This document shows positions 1-15,024 of a stretch of DNA of 64,000 nucleotides, piece by piece; within the stretch, counting starts at the first letter, position 1, and each line of letters begins with the position of its first letter. The DNA lies in assembly GCF_009914755.1 (NCBI RefSeq), contig NC_060926.1; one strand, written 5' to 3'. Below the pieces are notes generated by a model. That model was given only the letters and a program-made list of their open reading frames with translations, had not been told where the DNA came from and did no database searches. A program made the translations under genes and the position numbers. Source of the stretch: the human T2T-CHM13v2.0 reference genome, Homo sapiens.

Positions 1-1194
1 TTTTACCCAAAGGAAAGTTTTACCCAGGCCTTTTTATTTTTTTGTACAAGAAAGTAGTGGATGCTGAGAAGACAAAACAAACAAACAACTCACCGTATGT
101 TCACTATATGCTTATGCTTCTTTAATTGTTTTATTGGCACCTTCCATATGAAAATATATGCATTTACACAAATGTACTCAAGTGTCATAATTTCTGTAGC
201 AAGTGTGGTTGGTGTTGTAGCAAATGAAGTGGATTTAATTCTCTAAATCTTGATTAAGAGAGTTTTCAGAAACATACCTCTCCAGGGCGAAGTGCAGCAT
301 GTTTTTATCTTGTAGAAATAATGCATGGATTATCCAGTACTTTGAATATAAAATGTACAATATAAATGTATCCTTTAATTATGATCCTGAAAGTAATATC
401 TGTTTTCCCTTTCTATTAGGAATAACATCAGGTAACAGAAATAAAATGTAATGAAAGAGAGCAAAATTGATCATACTGGGACCAAATGAGGAATAGGGGC
501 AAAATAGCTAGGCAGATTTTTTCCTCTTGGACACAAAAGCAAATCCAAACATGAGTTCAACTTGCTAAAAATAAATCACATCCACTTTCTTCACAGGCTT
601 CTTAATGTATTGCAAAAAATGACCTTTAAACTACTGTGTGAGATAGCAGCTGACTAGAAAATTACAGGTATTAGCAGGATAACCAGAGATTAGAGTATTT
701 AGAGTATTGCAAAAAAAAAAAAAATACTAAGAGACAGATGTTAATAATTTGCTAACTCAAAAGACAGCTACAATAAAACCCTATATTGTAGTGTTTTTAA
801 AGGATGATTGGGGGATTCATGATAATATACTGTACCTAGAAATCTAAATGCAAATAAATAAAATTACCTTTTTGAGAAATTTGCCATAAAAATTTGATTT
901 TTAAAAATCACAGAAAATTACTGATTACATTTATCAAGTATTGGCCTTTGCCCCAAAGATTTTTAAGTGTAATGCTTTCCTTCATTATACATATCTAACA
1001 TGCATGTTTACATCTTTTGAAAGACATTCCTAAAATAAAGACAACATAATGATTATAGTCTGTTCACTGTTAATCCTTAGACAAAAGGGCAACATGAACT
1101 ACTGGGTAAAACCCTAAATTGAATATTAGGAATCATGACTTACAGACATCACTACTAATTTTCACTTGATCCTGCACCAATCATTCAATCATCA

Positions 1195-1613
1195 TTTTCT
1201 TCTTCTTCTTCTTCTTCTTCTTCTTCTTCTTCTTCTTCTTCTTCTTCTTCTTCTTCTTCTTCTTCTTCTTCTTCTTCTTCTTCTTCTTCTTCTTCTTCTT
1301 CTTCTTCTTCTTCTTCTTCTTCTTCTTCTTCTTCTTCTTCTTCTTCTTCTTCTTCTTCTTCTTCTTCTTCTTTTCTTCTTCTTCTTCTTCTTCTTCTTCT
1401 TCTTCTTCTTCTTCTTCTCCTTCTTCTTCTCCTTCTTCTTCTCCTTCTTCTTCTCCTTCTTCTTCCTCTTCTTCTTCCTCTTCTTCCTCTTCCTCTTCCT
1501 CTTCTCCTTCTTCTTCCTTCTTCCTTCTTCCTTCCTTCTCCTTCTCCTTCTTCTTCTTCTTCCTCCTTCTCCTTCTCCTTCTTCTTTCTTCTTCTCCTTC
1601 TTTCTTCTTCTCC
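1195..1613. repeat. (TTC)n/(GAA)n trinucleotide repeat: pure (TTC)58, TT, (TTC)15, then a degenerate TCC/CTC-interrupted tail
   Basis: Counted directly: pure TTC 1197-1370, 2-nt TT interruption, pure TTC 1373-1417, then (TCCTTCTTCTTC)x4 and mixed C/T triplets to 1613; no purines on the + strand across the tract. Confidence 0.98.
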
Positions 1614-1759
1614 AGCAGAGTTATCTCTGGGCAAAAGTGGAAGGAAATAGTGAGTTCTGGCACCAGCCAGACATGGGTCCCAAACACACTGTCCTGCTGA
1701 AGTCTGCAGGGGCTGTGTAAGGGGACCATGAGGCTCAGAGACCCCAGCACCAGCCTGCT

Positions 1760-1950
1760 TGAGCTTGAATTCTGCCTCTGGCACTTTTTTTGTGGTGTGG
1801 TCTTTCACTAATTACTTAACTTTCTATGCCAGGGTTTCTTCATACTCCAAATGGAGATAATTCTTGTTCCTGGAGTTATGAGAAGTAAAAGGCTTAATAT
1901 TTTAAAGGAATTGAAACATTGCCAGGGGAAGAATTTGCTGTAACTTGCTA
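1760..1950 (+). mobile_element. MIR SINE (decayed)
   Basis: Core similarity: 'ttacttaactttctatgccagggtttcttcatactccaaatggagataa'. Confidence 0.7.
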
Positions 1951-2479
1951 TTTAAAAACTCTTGGATAACTAAATCCTGTTTACCTCTTTAGTAAAAGAC
2001 AGTCTGGATGATGTAGTGCCATATAGTTCATAAAGTACCTAAATGCTTTACCCACCTCGGCCCCCCAGTGCATAACAGCTACTTTCCAATGGATGTGAAT
2101 TTTCCATGATGATAGCGGGACATGGGACAATGGTGGTGTTGTCTCCCTTGATGACAACCTCAAGTTTTAATGATGTCTCTAAACATCCTATTTTCACCAT
2201 TGTCCTCATATACTTTTAATGCTTATTGTAGATCCATATGAATTCAGTAAACACTTATTTTGACTTATTTTATGTGTGATTCTGTCAGGCACTGGAATGG
2301 GAGGCAGATATAAGAGAAGAGCATGTACTTGATGCCTCTACTGGGAATCATTTCTTGCCCCCATCTAATCTGTGTAATCCTCATATGTTCTTTGCTTTAG
2401 TCAGCATCACCATCCCCTCGGTTCTTGAGGACCTCTTCCTTCCTCTCCCTTTCCCTCCATATGCAACCAACAGTGAAGT

Positions 2480-3120
2480 CTCATTAAGACTCTATCCAGA
2501 GCCTCTGCCCCCACTGCCACTGTCTCAGCTTTGGTTCATGTTATCCTTTTCTAGCAATATTGATGCAGACTGACTGACCAACTCCCTACCTGCATCTCCA
2601 ACACACCCAACCTCCTCCTTTTTTGTCCACTTCTTTTGTGGGTGAGATTAATGGCATTCATTTCCAAGCTAGCATTCCAAGAGTTTCTTACTGTTTCTCT
2701 TTATGTATTTCATGATGTACTCAAACTGATCTTCTTGCTCTTTCTATACACGCCTTTCCTTCTGCTGCTTCTCTTATTCAGGGGAACCCACATCCCCACA
2801 CCTCCAAAGCTATCCGTATTCGGTGGACAATTTCAAACTATTTCCTGTTTCATGACATCTTCACCAGTTGTCCCTGTCCTTCTATCATTGTTGGAATGAT
2901 CTCCTCCTCATTCCTATTTTTCCTAACATTTCATCTCTACCTCTCTTATGTCACTTATGTTATAATGACTTGCATTATATTTCTTTTTCTGCCTACCTTC
3001 TATTTTCTATATTGTAAATTCTTGGAGAATAAAACACTGATTTATTTTTGTGTCTTCACAATGCTGAGCACAGTGAATATAGACACTCAGAAATACTTAT
3101 TTAATGATTAAAGAAATAAA
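2480..3120 (+). mobile_element. L2 LINE 3' region (decayed)
   Basis: Pyrimidine-rich L2-like body ending in an L2-type tail 'cacaatgctgagcacagtg...ctcagaaatacttatttaatgattaaagaaataaa'. Confidence 0.55.
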
Positions 3121-3175
3121 TGGGGAAAACATCATGGCATTTATCTTCCATGAGCTCAGCATCTAGTGGAGACAA

Positions 3176-3262
3176 CATATATGTACGTATATACACACAC
3201 AAATACACACACACACACACAAATCACACACAACTACACACACACACAAATACACACACAGT
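3176..3262. repeat. Imperfect (TA)/(CA)n microsatellite
   Basis: Interrupted CA runs seen directly. Confidence 0.85.
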
Positions 3263-3572
3263 GTGATGCAAGGCCAACTCTGAAAAGGCAAAAAAACGTA
3301 TTTGTACAAACATTTTGTTAAGCAGATGTAAACAAATGAATACTTAACACTGGCTGGGAAATTTGTTGGGGGTGCGCTTCTAAGAGTGGGTAGAATTTCA
3401 GTCGAATATTGAAGGAAGGATAGAAGACATAAGCAAATTGGAAACAAAGACGTTTGGGTTGAGCCAACAGCCTGAGCCAAGGCCTGGAGGCAGGTGAGGG
3501 CAGGGTTATGTTCAGGAAACAGTGTCCTCCCTGGTCTCATTGGATGTATTATCCATGAACTTATTTAAGTCG

Positions 3573-3859
<287 letters not shown>

Positions 3860-5754
3860 TTAAGTCTTCTATTATCTGGAAGAATCACACATATATTTCC
3901 CTTGGATATGTTTTTCTCCTCAGTACAGTCTAAGGTTATAGAACCATTTTCTTAATAGTATGTGGGGACAACTCTATTACTGAATAATAGTTATTTTGTG
4001 AACTATAGACCTCTCCCCTTACTGAATATAATCAATAGTTACTAAAACCTGTGGGAGGAAATGTGCTCATCTCAACATTCTTATAACTCGACTCACCATT
4101 TTGTTTCATGATAGCAGAGTGTGCTACAAATCAAACTTAATATGTATCAGTATATTTTTTAGTGGTGCACCACATTTAATTTTAAAAGAGTTAATTCATT
4201 TAAGTGTCATAATACAGCATATAGATTGACAAGCATGAAAAGTTGAGTGGTGTAATGCCCTGCACATAAAAAATGTGCTCAATAAATATTGGCCAATTTG
4301 AACTGGAATAGTGTCCACTCATCAGATTGTCTGGCCAATATTTTTCCACTTACCCATCCACACAGCAGCAATATGAGCCACTATGTTGAAAAGTTACACA
4401 TACACATTCCTGGCCTGTGGGTCCATGAAACACTCCATTTTTTTTATAAATAAATCGCCCCTTTTTCGTGTTTATATATATTTTTTCCGACTGTGCTTTG
4501 GTCTTTTTCTACCCAAAGAATTGGAACAAATGCAATTCGTCACTGCTTCCTTGTGTATCTTTAGATTAAAAAAGAGTATTTCTATATACCATTTAAAAAA
4601 TCCAAATTGAAACTGTATAGTAATAATTTTCAATTTGTAGGAGGCTATAAAGACTCCATACATCCCATCATAGATTGAAAAGTATTATTTTCTATACCAG
4701 TATTAAAGGGTGAATACTTCTTGCCCAGAGAACAGAAGGTCTTCTCCAATGGTTATCCCCTCCCAAGCTTGGCAGATTGCATCAGGTTCTCTAATATTTT
4801 TTTCTAGAAATAAAACACTAGACTTAATATCTTAACTTCACTGTGAGGCAAAAAAAAAATATCTATAATATGATTGTCTTCCAACATTTTCCTTTTATCC
4901 TGAGTGGTCTTTCCTCCTACACATCCAAACCTCATGGTTAGTGTGATATTTGGTTACATCAGTGAATCATTTCACAAGGATTTCTAGAACTTGGGATCTA
5001 AGAGTTGAAATGAATCCAATTTAGTGACAAAAGCAATAAGAATAGAATTCAGGTGCTGTGTGCTGCCATATTCCCCATAAAATAGAGAACAATCATAAGA
5101 GAAAATGATCTTCACATCCAGAGGAAACAGAAAAAAATGGAAAGAGATGGCCTTAAAAACAAAATCTACAGTTGATCTTGGGTCCAGCTACAGCTTTGTC
5201 CTTCCACTAGCTGGGGTTCTGTCTTTGGATTCTACTAGTCAATGTATTCCCCTTTCGCTTGAGCTTGTTGGAAGTGTGTATTTGTCACTTGTTACCAAAC
5301 TACTGTAAGAATTTTGATTCTTCTTGGGAGTCAGGAAGCTGGAGCTAATCATACCGGTGGGGAAAGCCTGGCAGATAGCCACAGGGTGTAGAGCAAATGA
5401 CAACTGGTGGCAACGCTTAAGCTTCAAAGAGGCAGAACAATAGCAAATTACCTGACCTGAAGCAAAGGCTCTAGAATGGCAGTCAGGTTTGACTATTCCT
5501 CTGGCAGACACTAGGAAAGAGTGCCCTATGTAGGAAAAATAGGTCTATTCTCAAATGCCTGTGGCCTTATCCTTGGGTTTGGGGAGTGACCTTGAAGACG
5601 CTGAGCCAGCTCTGATGCTTCTGGGCTGACTCCAATGCAGGACTCTCTTTATAGCAGTGCACAAAGGGCCAGAAATGAGAAATTAAATGTAAGTTATGGC
5701 TTGAGAACAAATATAAGAGGAAAGAGCAATGGTCCTTGTTCCTCTCATATCTAG

Positions 5755-6115
5755 TGTCTTAATTCATTAGTGCTGCTATGACAAACTATCATAGCCTGGG
5801 TGGCTGAGAGACAACAGAAATATATTACTCATAGTCCTGGAGACTGAGAGGTTCTAGATTGAAGTACTAGCGGACATAGTTTCTGGTGAGGGCCAGCTTC
5901 CTTGTTCATAGATGGCCATCTTTCCAGTGTGTCCTGACTTGGCAGAAGGGGCCAGGGAGCTCTCAGGGGTCACTTTTATAAAGGCGCTAATCCCATTCTT
6001 GAGGGTTCCATGCTCATGACCTAATCACCTCCCACCTCCTAATAACCATCACTTTGGGTGTTAGGATTAAAACATGAATGTTGGGGGAGGAGGTGCACAC
6101 ATTCAGTCTCCAGTA
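5755..6115 (-). mobile_element. MLT1A/MLT1A0-like MaLR solo LTR
   Basis: Reverse-complement MaLR LTR motifs 'tgctgctatgacaaactatcatagcctgggtggc', 'tttctggtgagggcc', 'ctcatgacctaatcacctccc', 'acacattcagtc'. Confidence 0.85.
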
Positions 6116-8379
6116 CCTAAGAAATGAATCAACATCACCTACTTCCATTAGAACCAGATGGCCCTGAACACTGTTAATCTATACCTGTAAGAGAGCCAAG
6201 TAAAGCACTATGCCACTTTAGTGATGCAATTGGCTCTTCATTAGAGCATTAGTGTGTTAGAATATGTTGACATGAAAGAGAGAATTCAGATGAGAACATT
6301 CCAGACCAAAATATTGAAATTATATAATCTGAAATAGACACTTGGCCTGAATTCTTCTCTGAGAAGTCCAAATAACAGTAATTGCAGGGTCTTAGAGTCC
6401 ATCTGGACTCTTAGTTTTTAATGCTGGCTGTAAAGCAGATAAACACATCAGAGGGCAGAGTTAGGTGCTTTCTGTGCTTCAGAAAAATAAAAGCCAGTTA
6501 GTTGCACAATCGATTGACAAGGAATTATGAAACACCTTATGACTTAGTTCAGTGGAAACTGCCAGAAACCTCTCGCCTAAAATTCTCATCTTACCTTGAG
6601 AGGTGAGGCAATTGCAAAGCTTTTTTGGATAACATGCCTTAACTTTTCAAATTAGTTTACTGCAAATCTGTAAATCAAGACTATGTTTCATTCTTCACTC
6701 TGGTGGGCATCCTTTGTCTGGCTACATCCTAGGATGGAAGACCTTTCCTCTTACCCAGATGTGTTCAGAATGCAATAATTCTCTCACTCTCTCTTTATCG
6801 CTAATTGCCCTGTCTCTTAAAGCAGGCAATTGCAAGTTGAGTGTATGGAGGGATGTGACTATGAGGCCTTGTTAAACCAGGACCCGTCAGGTTAGACACT
6901 GTGGCATAACTTATGTCTACATTTCTGACCATGAACTTATCCAGATTCCTGATCCTGAATTCTTTATGGTCTATCACATTAATGATGACTATATGAAAAT
7001 TAAAAATTAAAAAAAAAACCCGTTTTGTTTATTTGAGCCAAAGAAGTGTTTCAGAACTTCACAGGGTTTCTATGGTTTGGTTTGGGTTCGACAGGTAAAG
7101 AAATTATTTGTTCACTTTTTCCAGTCACCCCATTTCTTAGAAATTTCATTTTCCCACAGTTATTCTCATAATATACTGAGCTGAAGATCATGCTAAGTTA
7201 AAAATAAGTGGTAATTTAAATTATTTAACATTTGTATATGATTAGAACACAAAGGCCTACACATACCCTGGGCAGTAGGAATTAATTTATCAAGGTGAGC
7301 AGCCCTGCTTTATCATGGTGGCCTAGACAGGAATTAGACAAGTTATATCCATCTTAAATTCTTTTCTAAGGAAGAACGTCGTAGGGCTTAAAATATATAT
7401 TACTGAATGAGAGGCAAGTTTGAAACCCATAAGTCTCTTTCTATGTAGGGAGCTCTATACATACTATCCAGGCAAATGGATTGCATTTTTCTTTTTATTA
7501 ATCACAAATGAGGCACATGCTCAACCAGCCAAGACCAGCTTTATTAGTGAATATACATTCCTTGCGCCTAGGTTTATAGTCTGCATGCTGAAAGTGTTTT
7601 ATATTCTTCCTTCTGGTTATGGCTGTTCAGAGTGATTGAGCTCAAACCCAGTCCTCATGAATTCACCAAATAACCCAGTTCACTGGTGAGGAGAGTGATG
7701 CCTGTCTTTTTGAGTGGGTCTGCAGGATGCCACATGCCTCCATGTAAAAATAAAAGCCAAAATAGCAAGTACCTTGTGAAGATTTGATTTGACTGCTGCT
7801 GAGGATTGAGGAGGTTGATGGGATTTTCCACCCTTCTGCTGGATCTTTCCTTGGTTTGTCCCTACGACTGTGCAGACCAGAACTGTAGTTCTGAACCCTG
7901 GATACTTTGCTCCTTACCCAGAATTCACTGAAGGGACACATGATGAATGATCGGATCTGCTTGCCTATCATAAATCTCAGCCAGTAGGGGAGGGAGAGAC
8001 CGGGCTGACACATCACCTCTGAGGACTGGGTTACAGACTCCTCACTGATTTATCTGTCCATTTCTCCTCATTATGAAAGAAGGAAATGGTTTAACTCAAA
8101 CATTTTACAGAGACATTTGGTCAGGGGGAGCCTCTTCCAGGGGGAAGAGACTCCTGTCTTCATCTTGTTTATCGCTCTCCAAAAGCCATTGTTCTTCAAT
8201 CTAGACACAACCACTAGGCCTCCATCAACAGATTTTTTTTTCTTGGAAATAATAAATGTTAAATATCCTTGGAATTTGCTAAGGCCTGTTTGCTTTAGGA
8301 AGGAATTTGTTATGATTAGCTTGGGTACTTGGAGCCCAAGAGTTCCTGATAGCAAGTGCTGGCTAAAATGAGCAATGAT

Positions 8380-8565
8380 GAAGAGTCAGAGAGATATGGG
8401 CTCAAGTCTGACCAGCCACTTCCCAGCTGTGGGGCTCCATGCATGTTATTTAACTTCTGAGTCTCAGTTCTTCGTCTGCTAAATGACGATAATCATAATG
8501 CCTATCTCCTGGAGTCAAACGAATTAGTGCTTGTCACATAGTAAGTGCTCAATAAATAATTGTTG
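8380..8565 (+). mobile_element. MIR SINE
   Basis: 'taacttctgagtctcagttcttcgtctgctaaatg' core and 3' end 'cacatagtaagtgctcaataaat'. Confidence 0.8.
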
Positions 8566-8739
8566 TCATCCATCAGCATCAATCCCGTCATCCCCACAGC
8601 ATGAGCACCAGGATACGAGCAACTAGTTGGAAGGGGACAGTGTATAATTTTTAGCTTTGTTGTCTCCATTATGTTCTAATTCTTTCCTACTGAGGAAACT
8701 GAAAATCTCGTCTCCTTGTCTTGGGATTGTGCAGACTTA

Positions 8740-9215
8740 GTCTTGCCTTAAATGCTTCAATCATCTGCATGTACATATAGAATAAATTCCAGTCTCCTAG
8801 GCACATATACACATGTACATCTTCCCTTAGATCTGGCTTCTGGTTATCTCTCCAGCCTCACTGCACTCCCTATCTTAAAATATATTTTATAAAAAAGACA
8901 AAATTGTCTGCAGTTTCCTGCTCAGTCCCACTTTCATGACTTCTATATGCTGTTTCTTCTGTCACAAACATAGTTTCCAATTTTCTTATAATACATTTTT
9001 ATTTATCTTTCAGAAATATTTGATAGACACACTTTCTCCTAACCGCTCAGATTTATATCAGTGACCATCCTGTGTACTTTTTCAATAATTTATATATTTC
9101 CCTATAGATTATCAAATTGCTGCATTTTAATGAAGTTATGTGCATATAATTGTATCTTCCCCACTAGACTGGAAGCTGCTCAAGGGTAAGGATTGTCAAA
9201 TCAGTGCCTGAAACA
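8740..9215 (+). mobile_element. L2 3' region (decayed)
   Basis: 'atctggcttctggttatctctccagcctca' and 'cttccccactagactggaagctgctcaagggtaaggattgtc'. Confidence 0.65.
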
Positions 9216-9299
9216 GGAAATTTTCTAAACATGATTTTTAAGGGTGTTTGAGCTTAGTGTTGAGATAAAAGGATTATGCATGTCACTTTCTTCATGTAT

Positions 9300-11245
<1,946 letters not shown>

Positions 11246-12639
11246 TGAAAGGAACAAAATCAGGATTTGCTGAGTAACACTGAAGAAATATACCACTTCT
11301 TTCTTAACACAGATTCACCTTTCCCTAACATATCTAAATAGTTCATGCAAACAAATTTATGCCACAGATTAAGTCAATAATTATCTCTACTTCCTGCTTT
11401 ATTATGTGTGTGTAGTTAGGACTGGAATGAGGATACTTCACATGGAATCTTCCCTACCATAAGAACAACATGTTCTACCAACACTCAGATTGTTTTTCAG
11501 TCAGTCGTGCCACTATCTAAAGATGCATCCACTCTCATTCTTGCTTAGTGTAGATCTGTGTCCTGGTCATGAGAAAGGACTATTCCAATTTTCTTTAAGG
11601 GCTGACTTAGCAATGATCAAATACACTTGGTTAGAAAAATTAAAAGAATTATAATGGCCCTTTTAGTATTTTGGGAAACAGTAAGGTGGGTGAGAGAAGA
11701 CTAGGCACCAACCTCTTTAGGAGTTTAGGTGGAGAGAGGTGTTTGGTTGTCTCACATCAACAAGGAATGAACCTAGATGCTGGCACTCAGAAACCATCAC
11801 ATTCCAGATGAGCTCTGTTCTGCTTTGTGGTTGTGGCCACAGCCAGTGACTTATTTCCTGGGCAATAAGTGTTTTGGTTCAAGCAGAAACTGCTGAAGTT
11901 AGCACTCTTAAAGTGTTAACTTCAGACTTGATAAAGAAGAGCTTAAAAGTTAGCTTGCAACTCTTAATGACCCTGCATTTAGATTTGTGCTTAATTTTGT
12001 CTGCGTGGTTCTATGTCCTTGCTGAGAGCCTCAGCTAAGTCCTTTTGACAAACAGTGGTGTGGGAGAAAAGCAGAGGATGTCTGCCTGACAGGGTGGCCC
12101 AGGTCAGCAAATTAATGTTCCTCCTTGGGGCCAGAGCTGACCAGGAGAAAGATGGCTCTGACCTTGTGAGTTTCACACTGGAGGCCTGCAGAGGTGGTCC
12201 ATCATGGAGGGAAAAAGACAGAGAGGAAAAAAAATAGCAATTTTGATGAAGTTATTGGATACATCCACTTCCCTTTTAAATTCTAAGACCCATTCCTACT
12301 CATGTAGATAAAACATCCAAGTGATGGAATGAATGCCTTTCATTTTCAGACATTTGTAGGGTTGTCAGACCAACATAGCCTGAGGTACGAGAACCTTTGG
12401 TTAAGATTTCATTCATAATTCCTTATACCTATGCTGAGCCTTCAACTTTCCAAGCTGTTCTGCAAACCTACAGTCACCCTCTGACTCCACCCCAATTCTC
12501 CAGACAGTATCTTCTCCCATTTTCCCTCAAGGGGGAAAAAAATCAATAGATTAAATGGTTTTACACTGCTTTGCAAAATTGACACTATGATTTTGTAAGT
12601 TGGCGGGAATAGGTGGTAGTGGGAGGAGGGCAGTAAGGG

Positions 12640-12940
12640 GTAGGAGTTTAAGAGCACAGGGTCCTATGCAAAAGGAAAACGGGGCTTTTTGGCAAAAACT
12701 CACTAAACATTTCAAGACGGTGACAACGGAGCATTAAAGCAAGCATACTCCGTGGGCATGCCCGCTCATATGCCCATAAAGCTAGCCCTGGTCTGGAGTA
12801 TCACAAAAATGGGCTCAAAACCTGACTCTGCTTTTTACAGATTGGTCACTTTGGGCAAGTTTCTCAGACGCTTGAAAAAGGAGAGTAAGAGTATCTACCT
12901 CATTTTTAGAGCATTAAATAAGACCATGGATACAAAGAAC
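12640..12940 (+). mobile_element. MIR split near its 5' end by MER45A
   Basis: 'tttaagagcacagg' before the MITE and 'gtctggag...gggctcaaaacctgactctg...actttgggcaagtt' after it join into a MIR 5' end. Confidence 0.6.
12657..12790 (-). mobile_element. MER45A-like hAT-Tip100 MITE
   Basis: 'catttcaagacggtgacaacggagcattaaagcaagc' and terminus 'tgcccataaagctagccctg' match the reverse complement of MER45A as recalled. Confidence 0.75.
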
Positions 12941-12985
12941 AAAGTATATTGTATTATGCAGAAAGCACTCAAGAAACGAATAAGG

Positions 12986-13290
12986 GGCCAGGCGCGGTGG
13001 CTCATGCCTATAATCCCAGCACTTTGGGAGGCCGAGGCAGGCAGATCACCTGAGGTCAGGAGTTGAAGACCAGCCTGGCCAACATGGGAAAAACCCATCT
13101 CTACTAAAAAATACAAAAATTAGCCGAGCATGATGGCAGGTGCCCGTAATCCCAGCTACTGGGAAGGCTGAGGCAGAGAGAATTGCTTGAACCCAGGAGG
13201 CAAAGGTTGCAGTGAGCCAAGATCGCGCCACTGCACTCCAGTCTGGGCAACAGAGTGAGACTCCGTCTCAAAAAAAAATTAAATTAAACA
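12986..13290 (+). mobile_element. AluSx-like
   Basis: Full dimer; 15-bp TSD AAGAAAC(G/T)AATAAGG at 12971-12985 and 13291-13305. Confidence 0.96.
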
Positions 13291-15024
13291 AAGAAACTAA
13301 TAAGGATAATAACAACATTAATAACAGTATAAGCAGGAGTCAGGGGTTGGGTATGCAGCAACGAATGACTGCCCCCTTGAGCTGTCCCCGGAAGGCAGAT
13401 GCGGTGTGGCCAGGGGAAACTACTGCCCCTCCGCAGCTGGCTGCTGGCTGCTCATTCCCACCTGCAGGCCTCAGAAAAGGCCACCTGGAACTGGCATTCG
13501 ACACTCCTCATAGCATAGAAAAGACCAGAAAGTAAGCTTGGGAAACTGCTCCACTGGTTCCCTCCTTGACAAGGGCATATGTTTCCGTTTACTTTACGTG
13601 CTCTTGTTCTCCCAGAACCCCAGTCCCTCACCATGGTCTGAAATTTCCTGAGAGCCTAGTGCTTGACCTCCACACCTGGGTCTGTTGAGTTGGCTTCCTG
13701 CTGTCGCTGCTGCCCTTCGGCCTGCCGTCCACCCGCTTGTTGCCTGTTCACCCCCTTGTTGACCTCCTATGGGCCAGAACTCATAGCGTGTGTGCCCTGT
13801 GGCCATTTTGTCTCTACACTCTCTCTGACCTGACACTGTGACGTCTGTATTTGCCCTCAGGCTGCCTGCTGACTCTTTTTGCAGCCCTTTGCCTCCATTC
13901 ATTGCATACCCCCCAGTTTTGGCTCTTTGCCCAGAACAGTGACCCTAAGGGGCCAGGCCTTGTCTGCCACTGCCCCCAAATACACTGGCAAAATGCAGTT
14001 CATTTACCCACCCAGCCTAGCCTAGCCCTGCTCTCCCCATGGTCATAAGGACATGGAACAGCATCTAGTGGAAATTTCTCCACCTGCCTTGATCTGGGTG
14101 CACTTCAAGAACGCGATTCATTGAGTTAAACCACCAACAGTATCAGTCACTCAGCTTTAATCAGCAACATTGAAGAAAGCTGTTCTCTCCCCTCAGTGTC
14201 CTCCTCCCTTTCCAGAGTCCCTGATTCTGGAAAGGCAGAATGGTTGGACATTCTTTCCTTAGGGGTCAGCAAGAGTTCTCCATGAACATGTTTCTTTGTT
14301 GTTTATGGTTTTATTATATTCATTTAAAAAAAAATTCAAGTAGGCTTAGTGCAGAATTAACCCCTTGGGATTATTGGTTAGTTGACAATCCCTAATACCA
14401 AGCCATTAATTTTTCATTTTGTAGGTATTGTGGCAGTGAGCCAAGTTGCAGTTGGAAGATTAATAATCCATCTACCCAGGCTTTGGGTTTGCTTAACGTT
14501 AAGCTAGAGCAGTGTGAACCTCCCTAACACTGGTAGGTGCTTATGGTCTAGCTGAGGAGACCCAATGTACTTTAAAACATGCAAATGCAGACACTCGAAA
14601 ATTATTTCAGGCAATGGTTTTTCTAACAGATAAGTGGTTTTCAAAGCAAGGTCTGGGTATTTGATAGTTTGCAGGTGGCTTCAAGCAGTCTACAACTTGG
14701 GAGTCTCTCAAGAAGTGATTATGTTAACATTATATTATTTAGCCACATTATGTGTGATCACTTTCTTCTTCCTGAAATCCTTTCTTCACACATGGAGACT
14801 TCTCTTTCTTGATTCTCCTTCTACCTCATAGGCAACTTTTCTGTCTCCTTGCAGTTCCTCCTCATATCCCAGACTTCCAAATATTGGAACTTCCCTTACC
14901 TTTGTGCTAGGGGAAAAGCTTCCATGTGACCTCCCCCCCACAGGTTCTCTCTTCACTCACCCCTTCCCTGCCAAGCTTTGTGCCCTGGGAGGCTGAGCTC
15001 TATGAATGACATCATGGACTTTAG

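Noticed and set aside
1195-1613. Identification as the FXN or FGF14 disease repeat
   Set aside because: The FXN repeat lies in the middle of an Alu and this one does not; I do not recognise FGF14 flanks. The locus cannot be assigned without mapping.
1166-1808. Three long ORFs (184-207 aa; poly-L/F, poly-E/K, poly-R/E)
   Set aside because: Open only because TTC/GAA repeats lack stop codons; the listed starts are TTG or GTG; no domain-like sequence.
6590-7920. Minus-strand donor-like GTAAG sites (~6594, ~6754, ~7917) and the 117-aa ORF 7663-8016
   Set aside because: No convincing paired acceptors, non-ATG start and no recognisable protein similarity.
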